DNA from: Chthonomonadales bacterium
GTDB taxonomy: Bacteria; Armatimonadota; Chthonomonadetes; Chthonomonadales; CAJBBX01
Assembly (NCBI GenBank): GCA_049967475.1
Contig: JBMFSQ010000012.1
Location: 1 to 64,000 of the forward strand
Reading direction: 5' to 3'
DNA length: 64,000 bases
Shown here: positions 47,319-57,082 of the stretch, piece by piece
Position numbering within the stretch: the first letter of the stretch is position 1
How the letters are laid out: the number at the start of each line of letters is the position of its first letter
Translations under genes and position numbers: made by a program
The notes under the pieces: generated by a model
Told to the model about the DNA's origin: nothing
The model's input: only the letters and a program-made list of their open reading frames with translations
The model's database searches: none

Positions 47319-48554
47319 TCAGGAAACAAGCTCATAGGGGTTCTCCAGCAAGCGCTTGACTTCTTGCAGAAACCGCGCTCCCAAGAGGCCGTCCACGGCC
47401 CGGTGATCGCAGGAGAGCGTCACACGCATCCGATGGCGGGTTTGGAATGACCCGTCGGGCGCCGCCATCACCTCGGGGGCGACTGCTCCAACCGCCAAGA
47501 TCGCCGCTTCGGGCGGATTGATGATGGCGGCGAACTCCTCGATGCCGAACATTCCGAGGTTCGTTACGCTGAACGTCCCTCCCGACATCTGCTGGGGTGT
47601 GAGCGATCCCGATCGCGCCAGCTCGATGAGACGCTTGGCTTCGGCGGAAATCTGCCTGAGGGTCTTGGTGTGGCACTCCGGTATCACAGGAAGGGTGAGG
47701 CCGTTATCCGTTCCTACGGCGATACCGATATTGACCGTGTGGTATTGACGGATGCGGTCCTCAGGCGTATAGCTGACGTTCACCTCAGGAAACTTTACCA
47801 GGGCTTGCGCACACGCCTTTACCACGAGGTCATTCACCGAGATTTTGTCGGCCGGGGTGGCGGCATTCATTTCCTCGCGCAGGCGTAAGGCCGCATCCAT
47901 GTCGATCGGCATGGTCAAGTAGAAATGCGGCACAGTCTGTTTACTCAAGGTTGTGCGCCGGGCAATGGCTTTGCGCATGCGGCCCACTTCCCGATCGGTG
48001 CCCTCCAGACTGGGGGCCAAAGGCGCAGGCGGCGTACCGGGAAGTTCGGGCTGAGGGATGCCGCTCTGCACAAATGCCGTAATGTCGCGCTCGACTACGC
48101 GGCCGCCTGGCCCCGTTCCGCGGATTTTGGCAAGGTCAATATTGAGCTCACGCGCCATGCGCCTTGCCAACGGAGAAGCCTTGATGCGTTCTGCTTCGGG
48201 TTCACCCACAACAGGTGCTTGGGATGCAGGCGTTCGGATCCCCTGCGAAGAGGCGAACGTGCTCTCGGGCGCCGTTGCCGCAGGGGAACCGGCATCCTCC
48301 TTGGGAGGCGTCTCACTTTCGGAGGAACCTACGATGGCAATAACCGCCCCCACGGGAACGGTTTGGCCTTCAGCAACGAGGATGCGGGTCAGGACGCCCG
48401 CTTCCTCCGCCGGGATTTCGACGTTGGCTTTATCAGTCTCGATCTCAGCAATGGGTTCGTCGGCGGTGAGGATATCGCCTTCCTTCTTGAGCCAGCGCAG
48501 GATAGTGCCTTCCTCCATGCCATCGCCCATCTTGGGCATACGGATCTCTGCCAT
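47319..48554 (-). CDS. pdhC: Pyruvate dehydrogenase E2, dihydrolipoamide acetyltransferase
   Basis: Lipoyl motif EIETDKAN; E3-binding ASPLARRMA; SCDHRAVDG catalytic motif. Confidence 0.95.
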   Translation of the reverse strand: MAEIRMPKMGDGMEEGTILRWLKKEGDILTADEPIAEIETDKANVEIPAEEAGVLTRILVAEGQTVPVGAVIAIVGSSESETPPKEDAGSPAATAPESTFASSQGIRTPASQAPVVGEPEAERIKASPLARRMARELNIDLAKIRGTGPGGRVVERDITAFVQSGIPQPELPGTPPAPLAPSLEGTDREVGRMRKAIARRTTLSKQTVPHFYLTMPIDMDAALRLREEMNAATPADKISVNDLVVKACAQALVKFPEVNVSYTPEDRIRQYHTVNIGIAVGTDNGLTLPVIPECHTKTLRQISAEAKRLIELARSGSLTPQQMSGGTFSVTNLGMFGIEEFAAIINPPEAAILAVGAVAPEVMAAPDGSFQTRHRMRVTLSCDHRAVDGLLGARFLQEVKRLLENPYELVS

Positions 48555-48587
48555 AAGTCCTCCAATGAAGCGTCATGATCAGGCAAT

Positions 48588-49565
48588 TCAAGCCAGGGTG
48601 CGCTTTACGGCCGCGATGACGTCATTCTCCGCAGGGATCGCCGCGCGCTCCAGGTTTTTGGCATAGGGCATGGGAACGTCGGGCCCCGCGACGCGCTCTA
48701 CAGGAGCATCCAGATCATCGAAGGCCATTTCGTAGATGCGTGCGGCCAATTCCGACACCATGCTCACATTCTTCCATTCGCCCTGTGCCACGACGGCGCG
48801 GTGCGTCTTGCGCACGGAAGCAACGACGGTGTCCATATCCAGGGGTACCAGTGTGCGCAGATCAATAACCTCACACTCAATTCCCTCGCGGGCAAGGGTG
48901 TCGGCGGCGCGCAGGCACACCGTAAGCATATGGGAATAGCTGACGACGGTAACGTGTTCCCCGGGTCGCCGGACAACGGCTTTACCGAAGGGGACAGTGA
49001 ATTCCGGATCCTCAGGAACCTCGCCGCGCTGGGCGTAGAGGCCATGGTGTTCCATAAAGATCACAGGGTTCGGATCCCGTATGGCGGTCTTGAGAAGCCC
49101 CTTAGCGTCTGCCGGGTTGGAGGGTGTTGCTACTTTGAGGCCGGGTATGTGGGCATACCAAGCTTCGAGGCTTTGGGAGTGCTGGGCCGAGAGCTGACCG
49201 CCTACACCGGCCGGTCCGCGAAACACTACGGGACATGTAACGCGGCCTCCGGACATGTAGGTGATCTTGGCGGCGTGATTGACGATCTGATCCATAGCCT
49301 CTAGGGCGAACGACCAGGTCATGAACTCAGCGATGGGCCTCAATCCTGCCATGGCGGCGCCGGTTGCGAGGCCGGCGATGCCGATTTCGCTGATCGGGGT
49401 GTCCAGCACGCGCTTAGGTCCAAAGCGCTGAAGCAATCCCTCGGTAACCCTGAACGTTCCCTGATATCGGCCCACCTCTTCGCCGCAAATGAAGACGTTT
49501 GGGTCCCGCTCCATCTCTTCTGTGAGGGCAAGGCGCAGAGCCTCACCGTAACGCATCACCGGCAT
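48588..49565 (-). CDS. pdhB: Pyruvate dehydrogenase E1 beta subunit
   Basis: GEEVG, DTPISE, AQHSQ, IDLRTL, PMPYAKNLE. Confidence 0.95.
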   Translation of the reverse strand: MPVMRYGEALRLALTEEMERDPNVFICGEEVGRYQGTFRVTEGLLQRFGPKRVLDTPISEIGIAGLATGAAMAGLRPIAEFMTWSFALEAMDQIVNHAAKITYMSGGRVTCPVVFRGPAGVGGQLSAQHSQSLEAWYAHIPGLKVATPSNPADAKGLLKTAIRDPNPVIFMEHHGLYAQRGEVPEDPEFTVPFGKAVVRRPGEHVTVVSYSHMLTVCLRAADTLAREGIECEVIDLRTLVPLDMDTVVASVRKTHRAVVAQGEWKNVSMVSELAARIYEMAFDDLDAPVERVAGPDVPMPYAKNLERAAIPAENDVIAAVKRTLA

Positions 49566-49579
49566 CGCCGCCTCCTACC

Positions 49580-50587
49580 TCAAGCGAATACGTTTTCGAA
49601 AAGTGCGTCCACCGGGGGCTCGGGGCTCTGTTCCGCAAAACGGATTGCGTCTTCTATCTGTTGGCGGACTTCGGCGTCTATGCGCTCGGCCTCGTCGGAG
49701 GTCAAGACACCCCAATCCTCGAGCTTCGCGCGGAAGGTTACCACAGGATCCCGGCGCTTCCACTCTTCGATCTCAGCCTCACTGCGGTAGAAGCGTTGCT
49801 GAGTAGGATTGTCGGCTACTCCGTGCCCGGAATACCGGTAGCATACCGCCTCGATGAAATAAGGTTCTCCCGTACGGCGCATCTCGGCGAGCACGCGCTG
49901 GGCCGTTTGGCGCACCGCCAAAACATCCATCCCGTCTATGCGCTCACCTTGCACCCCATGAGCCCGAGCCTTTAGGGGGAGATCGGGCTGGCCGGTGGAG
50001 CACGAGATAGGGGTACCCATGGCATATTGGTTGTTCTCAACAACGTAGAGCACAGGAAGCTTATAGAGCCCTGCCATATTGAGGGCCTCGTGGACACCGC
50101 CCTGGTTCATGGCTCCATCCCCGATGAAGCATACGCATACGTTGTCGGTGCCGCGGTATTTGATCGCGTAGCCTACGCCGGTTGCCACGGGTACCGGCCC
50201 CCCTACGATGCCGTCGCCCCCCAAAAAGCCGCGATCGGGGTCAATCAGATGCATGGAACCGCCCTTGCCGCCCGCGCATCCTGTAGCGCGCCCCATGAGC
50301 TCCGCCATCAAGGCCCGGGGGTCACTGCCGCAGGCAAGGGCATGGCCATGATCTCGGTACGAACTCAGTACGTAATCCCCGGGGAGGCGAAGCAAAGGTA
50401 TGATGCCTGCTGCGATGGCTTCCTGACCGATATACAGATGGAGATACCCGCCGATTTTGGCCTCACGAAACTTTCGGTTGAGCGGTTCCTCGAACCGGCG
50501 AATGAGGAGCATGAGTTTATAGATGGACAGAAGTTCGTTTTTGTTAAGCTCGCCGCTAACACTATGAGAAAGGGCTGCTTTTGCCAT
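49580..50587 (-). CDS. pdhA: Pyruvate dehydrogenase E1 alpha subunit
   Basis: HLYIGQEA, YRDHG, GKGGSMH, GDGA...NN ThDP motif, YRYSGH; start could alternatively be 50593. Confidence 0.95.
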   Translation of the reverse strand: MAKAALSHSVSGELNKNELLSIYKLMLLIRRFEEPLNRKFREAKIGGYLHLYIGQEAIAAGIIPLLRLPGDYVLSSYRDHGHALACGSDPRALMAELMGRATGCAGGKGGSMHLIDPDRGFLGGDGIVGGPVPVATGVGYAIKYRGTDNVCVCFIGDGAMNQGGVHEALNMAGLYKLPVLYVVENNQYAMGTPISCSTGQPDLPLKARAHGVQGERIDGMDVLAVRQTAQRVLAEMRRTGEPYFIEAVCYRYSGHGVADNPTQQRFYRSEAEIEEWKRRDPVVTFRAKLEDWGVLTSDEAERIDAEVRQQIEDAIRFAEQSPEPPVDALFENVFA

Positions 50588-50620
50588 GTTCAAAACCCCT
50601 TGCTGGTGCTCTGCGCCGGA

Positions 50621-53600
50621 TCATCTTCCGCCTGTGGCCACCGGTTGCACTCCGTCATTCTTGCCATAATGCACGGCGCGTTCCAACACGGCCACCATCT
50701 CCTCGGCCTCCTCCAAAACCCTTGGAGAACGGATCGGCACGATGACCGCGTCGGGCGTAAAACGATGCCCCTTGAAAGCGTATGTAAGCAGACGGACGGC
50801 CTCAGGATGGAGACGGGCATGCGGCGCAAGCTTGATGGCGACCTGCGTTCTTTCGCCGCGCATCTGCGCGATCCCTGCATCCCGCGCGCGCAGCCTCAGG
50901 CGAAGAATGGCCAAGGCGTTCCACACGGCCTTGGGCGGATCGCCGTACCGGTCCTCCAGCTCCTCGCGCAGCAGGTTCACGTCGTCGTTGGTTTGCACCG
51001 ATGCCATACGTTTATAGAAGTAGATGCGTTCCGCTTCGTTGGGAATGTAGTCTGCCGGAATGTGCGCGGTTACCGGCAAATCCACCGCCGGAAGCGTGGG
51101 GTCTACGGCATCTTCCCCCTTCAATTCGGACACTGCCTGGGACAGCAGCTTACAATAAAGGTCGAAGCCCACGGCCACCATTGCGCCGGATTGCTCGGGG
51201 CCCAAGAGGTTCCCGGCGCCCCGGATCTCCAAGTCCTTCATCGCCACCTGGAAACCGGAGCCCAAGGCCGTGAACTGGCGGATCGCGGCCAGGCGGTCCT
51301 CTGCCACTTCGGTAAGCTGCCCGGCTCTTCGGTAGAACAGATAGGCGTAGGCTTGCCGGTCGCTTCGGCCCACACGCCCGCGGAGCTGATAGAGTTGTGC
51401 GAGACCCATGCGATCGGCGCGGTCTATGATGATGGTATTGACGTTGGGGATGTCCAGGCCGTTCTCGATGATGGTGGTGCACACGAGCACATCGAAGGCA
51501 CGGTGGTAGAAATCGTACATGATGCGCTCAAGTTCATCCTCGGACATTTGGCCATGGCCCACGCGGATGCGCGCATCGGGAACAAGGCGCTGCACCCGCT
51601 GAGCCACGAAATCAATGCTTTCTACACGGTTGTGGACGAAGTAGACTTGGCCGTCGCGCTCCAGCTCCCGCAGAATGGCATCGCGGATGAGATCTTCGTT
51701 GTATTCGCTTACATGGGTCACGATCGGCAGGCGGCCTCCGGGCGCATCTTCGATAACACTCATATCGCGCAATCCCGAGAGCGCCATAGAGAGCGTGCGC
51801 GGTATCGGCGTTGCTGTGAGGGTAAGCACGTCTACGGTCTTGCGAAGTTGTTTGAGGCGCTCCTTGTGACCCACCCCAAAGCGCTGCTCTTCATCTACGA
51901 TGACGAGGCCCAGGTTGCGGAATTCGACGTCTTTTGAGAGGAGCCGATGCGTCCCTACCACAATGTCTACTGCGCCCGCCTTTAGCGCCTGCACCGTCCG
52001 ATGCTGCTCGGTGCGGCTCCTGAAGCGGCTCAAGAGCTCAACCCGGATCGGATATGCCGCGAGCCGCTCGGAAAAGGTGGTATGGTGCTGGGCTGCCAGA
52101 ACCGTAGTAGGGCACAGGACAGCTACTTGCCGGCCCGCCTCAACTACCTTGAAGGCGGCGCGAATGGCTACCTCAGTCTTGCCGAAGCCTACGTCGCCGC
52201 AGACCAACCGGTCCATCGGCCGAGGAGCCATGAGGTCCGACTTCACCTCTGCGATGGCGCGGAGCTGGCTGGGCGTCTCCTCATAAGGAAACGACTCCTC
52301 CATCTCGCGTTGCCAGGGACTATCTTCATCCAGAGGGGTGCGTTCGGCTGTTTGGCGCGCTGCATAGAGCTCGATGAGTTCCCGGGCCATCGCCTTGGCC
52401 TGCTCCTTCACGCGCCGGGTAGTTCTTTCCCAGTCGCTTCCTCCGATGCGGTTGAGAGTGGGAGGGGAACCATCCCCTCCCACATAACGTTGCACCCGGT
52501 CTATCTGATCAGCCGGCACGTAGAGCCGGTCGCCCCCCGAATATTCCACGAGGAGATAATCTCGTTGAGCGCCATCAATTGCGCGCTTCACTAATCCCCG
52601 ATACACGCCTATTCCATGGTGGATGTGAACCACGTAGTCGCCAGGACGGAGATCCAATACTGTGGAGATGGGTATGCCCCCTTTGGGTCTCCGCCGAGGG
52701 GCAAGGGCGCGGGTGCTGCCGAAGAGTTCAGCGTCCGTAGCAACATAAAGACCGATGGCGGGGAATTTGAAGCCCTGCCGCAGGCGCCCTTCCAGGATGC
52801 GAACTGCTGGGCCCGTAGGAATTTCGGTGGTGTCTTCGTCTCCGAGTACGGCAATCCCGAGTTCCGTGCAAATTGCGCGCACGCGCTGAGGCTGATCCGT
52901 AACTAGGAAGCAGTCCGCCCCGTTCTTGCGCCATGCGGCCACTTCATCCGCAAGGAAGGTTAGGCGCGCCCGCCAGGTTTCCATAGCGGCTGACCCGGCA
53001 CAGATGGATAGATCCGGCGGAACTGCATCCCACGCCTGCGGCATCTGGCTGATCAAGACCGCAGCCTGCTGCCGAACGACACGGTCCAATGCCTGGAGCA
53101 TGGGAACAAACAGATCCTCAGTGTGGAAAATCTCCCCACGTTCATACCGGCGGGTGCGCAATTCACCCAGCTCGGCCTGGATGCGCTGGAATTGCCTCTC
53201 AACTCGGAGCGGCTCATCTACTACAAGGATCGAAGGATGCGTGCCGGCCGCAACAAGGTAATCCAGAGCGCAGGTGGATTGAGGCACGAGGTAGGGTAGG
53301 TAGACCTCCATACCCTCAAAGCACGCATTGCCGGCAAGCCGGGCAAGGTCCTGTTCGGCTAGGGCGGCAAGCCGATCTAGGGCATCGCGCTTGCCTGCGG
53401 AGGCAAGTTCCCCTTCGCGAAGGCGGATTGCGTTTCTGATTTCGGGAAGCGCCCGCTCTATGACATCTGCGGGGACGATGGTCTCTCGCGCAGGCCCTAC
53501 GAGTACCCTTTCGAGGCGGCCGGTGGAACGCTGCGTAACGACATCAAAGGACCGGATGCTCTCGATATCATCTCCGAAGAATTCCAGCCGAACCGGCGCT

Positions 53601-54175
53601 GAAAGCGTGGACGAGAAGACGTCGAGGATACCCCCGCGCCTGGAGAATTCGCCAGGCCTTGCCACCGCAACGGCCGCCTCGTATCCCATGGCGACCAAGC
53701 GGGCAATCAGATGCTCCATGGGCATGGAGGCGCCTGCCACCAGCTCGACGGTATGCGTTTGGAGGAACTCTGATGGAACCGTCCGGTGAAGCGCGGCATC
53801 CAGGGTCCCTACGACAACGCAGGGATCGCCGCTCGTAAGGGCCAAGAGGGCGCTGATGCGGTCGCTCATAGCGGAATGGTCCGGTGCCGTTCCGGTGATG
53901 CGCGAGGATTCCGGTGAAGGGAGGTGGAAGAGTTGATCCGGGCTCAGCCCGAATTGCTTCAGGTCGTCCAGGATGCGGCCGGCTTCCTGCGGGTGCGGCG
54001 TGATTACCAGGAGGCGAGGTTGGAGCCGCTCAAACAGGCGTGCGATAACGAGGGATTTAGCGGTTCCCGCCAAATCCTCGATCTGCACCTTGACCGCTGA
54101 CGAGGCCAACCTCGTAAGAAGATCGGCGAACCCGGGCAGCCTGTCGGCATACTGGGTAAGCTGCCTGAACTCCAT
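50621..54175 (-). CDS. mfd: Transcription-repair coupling factor
   Basis: GEFSRRGGILDVF; VVHIHHGIGVY (RID); GDVGFGKTE; DEEQRFG; QLRGRVGR; DLEIRGAGNLLG; TRCF C-terminus. Confidence 0.97.
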   Translation of the reverse strand: MEFRQLTQYADRLPGFADLLTRLASSAVKVQIEDLAGTAKSLVIARLFERLQPRLLVITPHPQEAGRILDDLKQFGLSPDQLFHLPSPESSRITGTAPDHSAMSDRISALLALTSGDPCVVVGTLDAALHRTVPSEFLQTHTVELVAGASMPMEHLIARLVAMGYEAAVAVARPGEFSRRGGILDVFSSTLSAPVRLEFFGDDIESIRSFDVVTQRSTGRLERVLVGPARETIVPADVIERALPEIRNAIRLREGELASAGKRDALDRLAALAEQDLARLAGNACFEGMEVYLPYLVPQSTCALDYLVAAGTHPSILVVDEPLRVERQFQRIQAELGELRTRRYERGEIFHTEDLFVPMLQALDRVVRQQAAVLISQMPQAWDAVPPDLSICAGSAAMETWRARLTFLADEVAAWRKNGADCFLVTDQPQRVRAICTELGIAVLGDEDTTEIPTGPAVRILEGRLRQGFKFPAIGLYVATDAELFGSTRALAPRRRPKGGIPISTVLDLRPGDYVVHIHHGIGVYRGLVKRAIDGAQRDYLLVEYSGGDRLYVPADQIDRVQRYVGGDGSPPTLNRIGGSDWERTTRRVKEQAKAMARELIELYAARQTAERTPLDEDSPWQREMEESFPYEETPSQLRAIAEVKSDLMAPRPMDRLVCGDVGFGKTEVAIRAAFKVVEAGRQVAVLCPTTVLAAQHHTTFSERLAAYPIRVELLSRFRSRTEQHRTVQALKAGAVDIVVGTHRLLSKDVEFRNLGLVIVDEEQRFGVGHKERLKQLRKTVDVLTLTATPIPRTLSMALSGLRDMSVIEDAPGGRLPIVTHVSEYNEDLIRDAILRELERDGQVYFVHNRVESIDFVAQRVQRLVPDARIRVGHGQMSEDELERIMYDFYHRAFDVLVCTTIIENGLDIPNVNTIIIDRADRMGLAQLYQLRGRVGRSDRQAYAYLFYRRAGQLTEVAEDRLAAIRQFTALGSGFQVAMKDLEIRGAGNLLGPEQSGAMVAVGFDLYCKLLSQAVSELKGEDAVDPTLPAVDLPVTAHIPADYIPNEAERIYFYKRMASVQTNDDVNLLREELEDRYGDPPKAVWNALAILRLRLRARDAGIAQMRGERTQVAIKLAPHARLHPEAVRLLTYAFKGHRFTPDAVIVPIRSPRVLEEAEEMVAVLERAVHYGKNDGVQPVATGGR

Positions 54176-54180
54176 AGCGC

Positions 54181-54220
54181 AAACACACAAAAACGGCCGG
54201 ATTGCGCACGAGCAACCGGC
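54181..54220 (-). terminator. Terminator-like hairpin directly upstream of the mfd start
   Basis: Minus strand GCCGGTTGC/GCAATCCGGC stem followed by CGTTTTTGTGTGTTT; a TATAAT lies upstream at 54248-54243. Confidence 0.5.
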
Positions 54221-54305
54221 ACTATTCTGGCCTACGCAATTTATTATACCCGAGGCCGAAGTCGGCACCCGAGGTGCCCTAGGTGTGCGGCGAGCGGCCC
54301 AGCGC

Positions 54306-54614
54306 TTAGGGCTCTGAAGGGATGATGAGAGGCTGCTCTCCCTTCCTCACATATCCGAGCTTCCGCGCCTCCCGCTCCATCCCTGCGTCCGTCTGAAGTT
54401 GCCGGATGCGGTGCGCAAGGCGCTGGTTCTCTAGCTCGAGCTGATGGTTGTGCTCGGCTAGAAGCCGGTTCTCCGCCTCCATGCGGCCTGCGATGGCATA
54501 GGGACGATGAACCACTACACCCATCCAAGCCATGCCGGCACATGCGGCAAGCACCGCGCCTCCGCGGAGTATCCGCTCCGCAACGCTGCGTTCCTTAAGC
54601 GCGTTCAAAGCCAT
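54306..54614 (-). CDS. Septum formation initiator FtsB/DivIC family
   Basis: One TM helix, a coiled coil, then MEREARKLGYVRKGE; ATG 54614 with GAGGA SD. Confidence 0.82.
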   Translation of the reverse strand: MALNALKERSVAERILRGGAVLAACAGMAWMGVVVHRPYAIAGRMEAENRLLAEHNHQLELENQRLAHRIRQLQTDAGMEREARKLGYVRKGEQPLIIPSEP

Positions 54615-54893
54615 GGAACATTCCTCACAACAAATCAACCCGCGGTCGCCTGAAACCCCATTGTAGCCGGCGTGCCCCTGTGGCACAAAAAGTGGACACC
54701 GGATGGCGATCCCGGACAGACTTGGCATTCCGCGCTCGGCTCGCCGAGGTCTTTTGCGATGCCTTCGAACCATGTCATGAGGCTGCGAGCTCATGGAACA
54801 AGGCGAACCACAGGACCCCGGGATGCGGACGATGGGAACAGATGCCTTCCGCCGCTCTATTCGACGCCGCCCCGGCAATTCCCTTGCGCGGGC

Positions 54894-56312
54894 TCAGGGT
54901 TCCTGTCCCAGTGTGTGCAGCCGGATGAGGTTCGTCGTGCCGATGACGTTGACGGGCACCCCCGCCGTGAGCACTACACGGCTCCCCATGGGCGCCAGTT
55001 TGAGGCGAACCACTGCGGCGAGGGCTGCATTCATCATATGGTCGGTATCACGCACCGGTTCGATCAATACGGGCGTGACGCCCCACGTGACGGCCAGCGC
55101 GCGAAACGTGTCCTCCGAAGGGGTAACTGCTACGATCGGCGTACGCGGGCGGTATTTGGCGATGAGGCGCGCGGTGAAACCTGAGGTCGTTGCGGTGATG
55201 ATCAGAGCAGCCTGCAACTGTGTAGCGATCTCCACTGTGGCGTGGGCAACTGCCTCAGCGGGAACTTTGCGGGTGAGGGCGCGCTCTTCTTCCACAACGG
55301 AGGAGGTACCCACATGATCATCGGTGCGCCGGGCGATGCGGGCCATCATCCGAACGGCTTCCACAGGGTATTCGCCAACGGCAGTCTCAGCCGAAAGCAT
55401 CACCGCGTCTGTACCATCGAGGATCGCATTCGCCACATCCGTAACCTCGGCCCGCGTCGGCATTGGGTTATGCGTCATGCTCTCCAGCATCTGCGTGGCA
55501 GTAATCACGGGTTTTCCGGCCCGGCGGCAAAGGGCGATGATGTGCTTCTGCACTTCCGGCACTTCGTCAATGGGTATCTCAACGCCCAGATCTCCGCGGG
55601 CCACCATAATCCCGTCGGCTGCATCCACGATGGAGTGGATGGCGCGCACTGCCTCCATGCGTTCGATCTTGGCAATGATGGGCTTTGTCACGCCCTGCGC
55701 GGCCATGCATTGCCGAAGCGGCTCCAGATCTTCCGCAGAACGCACGAAGGAAGCCGCCACCCAATCTACGCCGGCAGGAAGACCCAGCTTTAGGTCCTCC
55801 AAGTCCTTGGGGGTAACGGCGTTGATGGCCAGGGGGACACCAGGTGCCGTGAGGCCTTTGTGCGAGGTAAGCGTTCCTCCAACCTGCACACGCGCCACGA
55901 TCTCGGAGCTGCTTCGCGTCACGACGCGAAACACCAGCAATCCGTCGTCCGCTACCAAGCGGTCTCCTTCGTGAACAGCGTGAATGAGCTCAGGGAACGG
56001 GAGAGGTATCGTTCCGGGTGACGCCGGTTCCAAGGAGAAGGTCACGAGATCGTTGCGGCGGAGTGTGACGGAACCGGACGGCAGAACGCCGATGCGCACC
56101 TTGGGTCCCGAAAGGTCCTGGAGAATTGCGATGTTCTTGCCGAGTGCGGCGGCGACACTGCGGACGCGCTCGATGGCTGCCGAATGCTCGGCTGGGGTTC
56201 CATGGGAGAAGTTGATGCGCGCCACATCCATTCCGGCATTCATCATCCGCCGGAGGGTGGTTGCATGGGAGGAAGCTGGGCCGATGGTGCAGACGATCTT
56301 TGTACGCCGCAT
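54894..56312 (-). CDS. pyk: Pyruvate kinase
   Basis: RRTKIVCTIGPAS, RINFSHG, IIAKIE, MVARGDLG, ATQMLESM, DAVMLS. Confidence 0.97.
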   Translation of the reverse strand: MRRTKIVCTIGPASSHATTLRRMMNAGMDVARINFSHGTPAEHSAAIERVRSVAAALGKNIAILQDLSGPKVRIGVLPSGSVTLRRNDLVTFSLEPASPGTIPLPFPELIHAVHEGDRLVADDGLLVFRVVTRSSSEIVARVQVGGTLTSHKGLTAPGVPLAINAVTPKDLEDLKLGLPAGVDWVAASFVRSAEDLEPLRQCMAAQGVTKPIIAKIERMEAVRAIHSIVDAADGIMVARGDLGVEIPIDEVPEVQKHIIALCRRAGKPVITATQMLESMTHNPMPTRAEVTDVANAILDGTDAVMLSAETAVGEYPVEAVRMMARIARRTDDHVGTSSVVEEERALTRKVPAEAVAHATVEIATQLQAALIITATTSGFTARLIAKYRPRTPIVAVTPSEDTFRALAVTWGVTPVLIEPVRDTDHMMNAALAAVVRLKLAPMGSRVVLTAGVPVNVIGTTNLIRLHTLGQEP

Positions 56313-56395
56313 AAAGAGCCTCGCCGGATGAGGAGACGTCGGCCTAAGGATACCTCATCCGGCGGTTCGGCACCTATGCAGCGCCTGTGAAGGGG

Positions 56396-56791
56396 CTATG
56401 CACCGCAGCATCCCGAGGAACAGCCTCCTTCACCCTCTTCCGTGGAGAAGGATGAGCCGCACCCGCAGGAATGGATCGCATTGGGATTGTCTATCTTGAA
56501 GCCGCCGCCCATCACGTCCTCAATGTAATCCACCGAGGAGCCATGGATATATTGGAGGCTGAGAGGATCCACCAGAATGCGGACGCCGTGCTGTTCCAGC
56601 TCGAGATCGCCCTCTTCCACCTCGTCCGCGATGGCCATCCCATACTGAAGGCCGGAGCAGCCCCCTCCGGCAACAAAGACGCGCAGGGCAGCATTTGCCA
56701 CTCCCTGACTTTCAAAAAGGTTCTTGATCTCGGTCGCCGCGCGCTCGCTCAGCGTAATGGCGGCCGGCAGATCTGCAGCCGGAGTACTCAT
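56396..56791 (-). CDS. A-type Fe-S cluster carrier (HesB/IscA/ErpA family)
   Basis: GGGCSGLQY and NPNA...CGCGSSF; extra Cys-rich tail GCSSGCCGA; AAAGGAG SD. Confidence 0.93.
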   Translation of the reverse strand: MSTPAADLPAAITLSERAATEIKNLFESQGVANAALRVFVAGGGCSGLQYGMAIADEVEEGDLELEQHGVRILVDPLSLQYIHGSSVDYIEDVMGGGFKIDNPNAIHSCGCGSSFSTEEGEGGCSSGCCGA

Positions 56792-56880
56792 CGTTCTTCT
56801 TTGCTCCTTTTTAAGTGGACGGCTGCAAAACAGCCAGCCCGGGGACTACGCGTTCCCAACCGTCCTGAGACACTCAGTGG

Positions 56881-56909
56881 ATTATACGGCCTATCGGCGA
56901 ATAAAGCAA
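56881..56909 (-). promoter_or_regulatory. Sigma70-type promoter for the iscA/erpA(-pyk) unit
   Basis: Minus strand TTGCTT-N17-TATAAT. Confidence 0.7.
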
Positions 56910-57014
56910 GAGGCAGCTTTACCAATGGAATCGGTTCGTGCCGGGCGGTCTTTCCTTGATTGCGAGCCCGATGTGCAACCAGACGCATGCCGGGCCCATG
57001 ATGGGCCGCACGGG

Positions 57015-57020
57015 TATAAT
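57015..57020 (+). promoter_or_regulatory. -10 element (TATAAT) upstream of pyrF
   Basis: GGGTATAAT about 60-80 nt before the pyrF start; no clear -35. Confidence 0.45.
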
Positions 57021-57082
57021 ACGCCAGATCGGCAGAAGCCGTTTCGTTCCGGCGAGAGGTAACCCACGCGGCACGAGCATCC

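Noticed and set aside
47319..50587. Absence of lpdA (E3) from the pdh cluster
   Set aside because: E3 is often shared and encoded elsewhere, so this is not unusual by itself
50027..51937. 636-aa plus-strand ORF
   Set aside because: Antisense shadow of mfd/pdhA with no motifs; long shadow frames are expected in GC-rich coding DNA
57021..57082. Possible PyrR-binding attenuator before pyrF (TTCCGGCGAGAGG)
   Set aside because: Poor match to the PyrR loop consensus and no terminator follows
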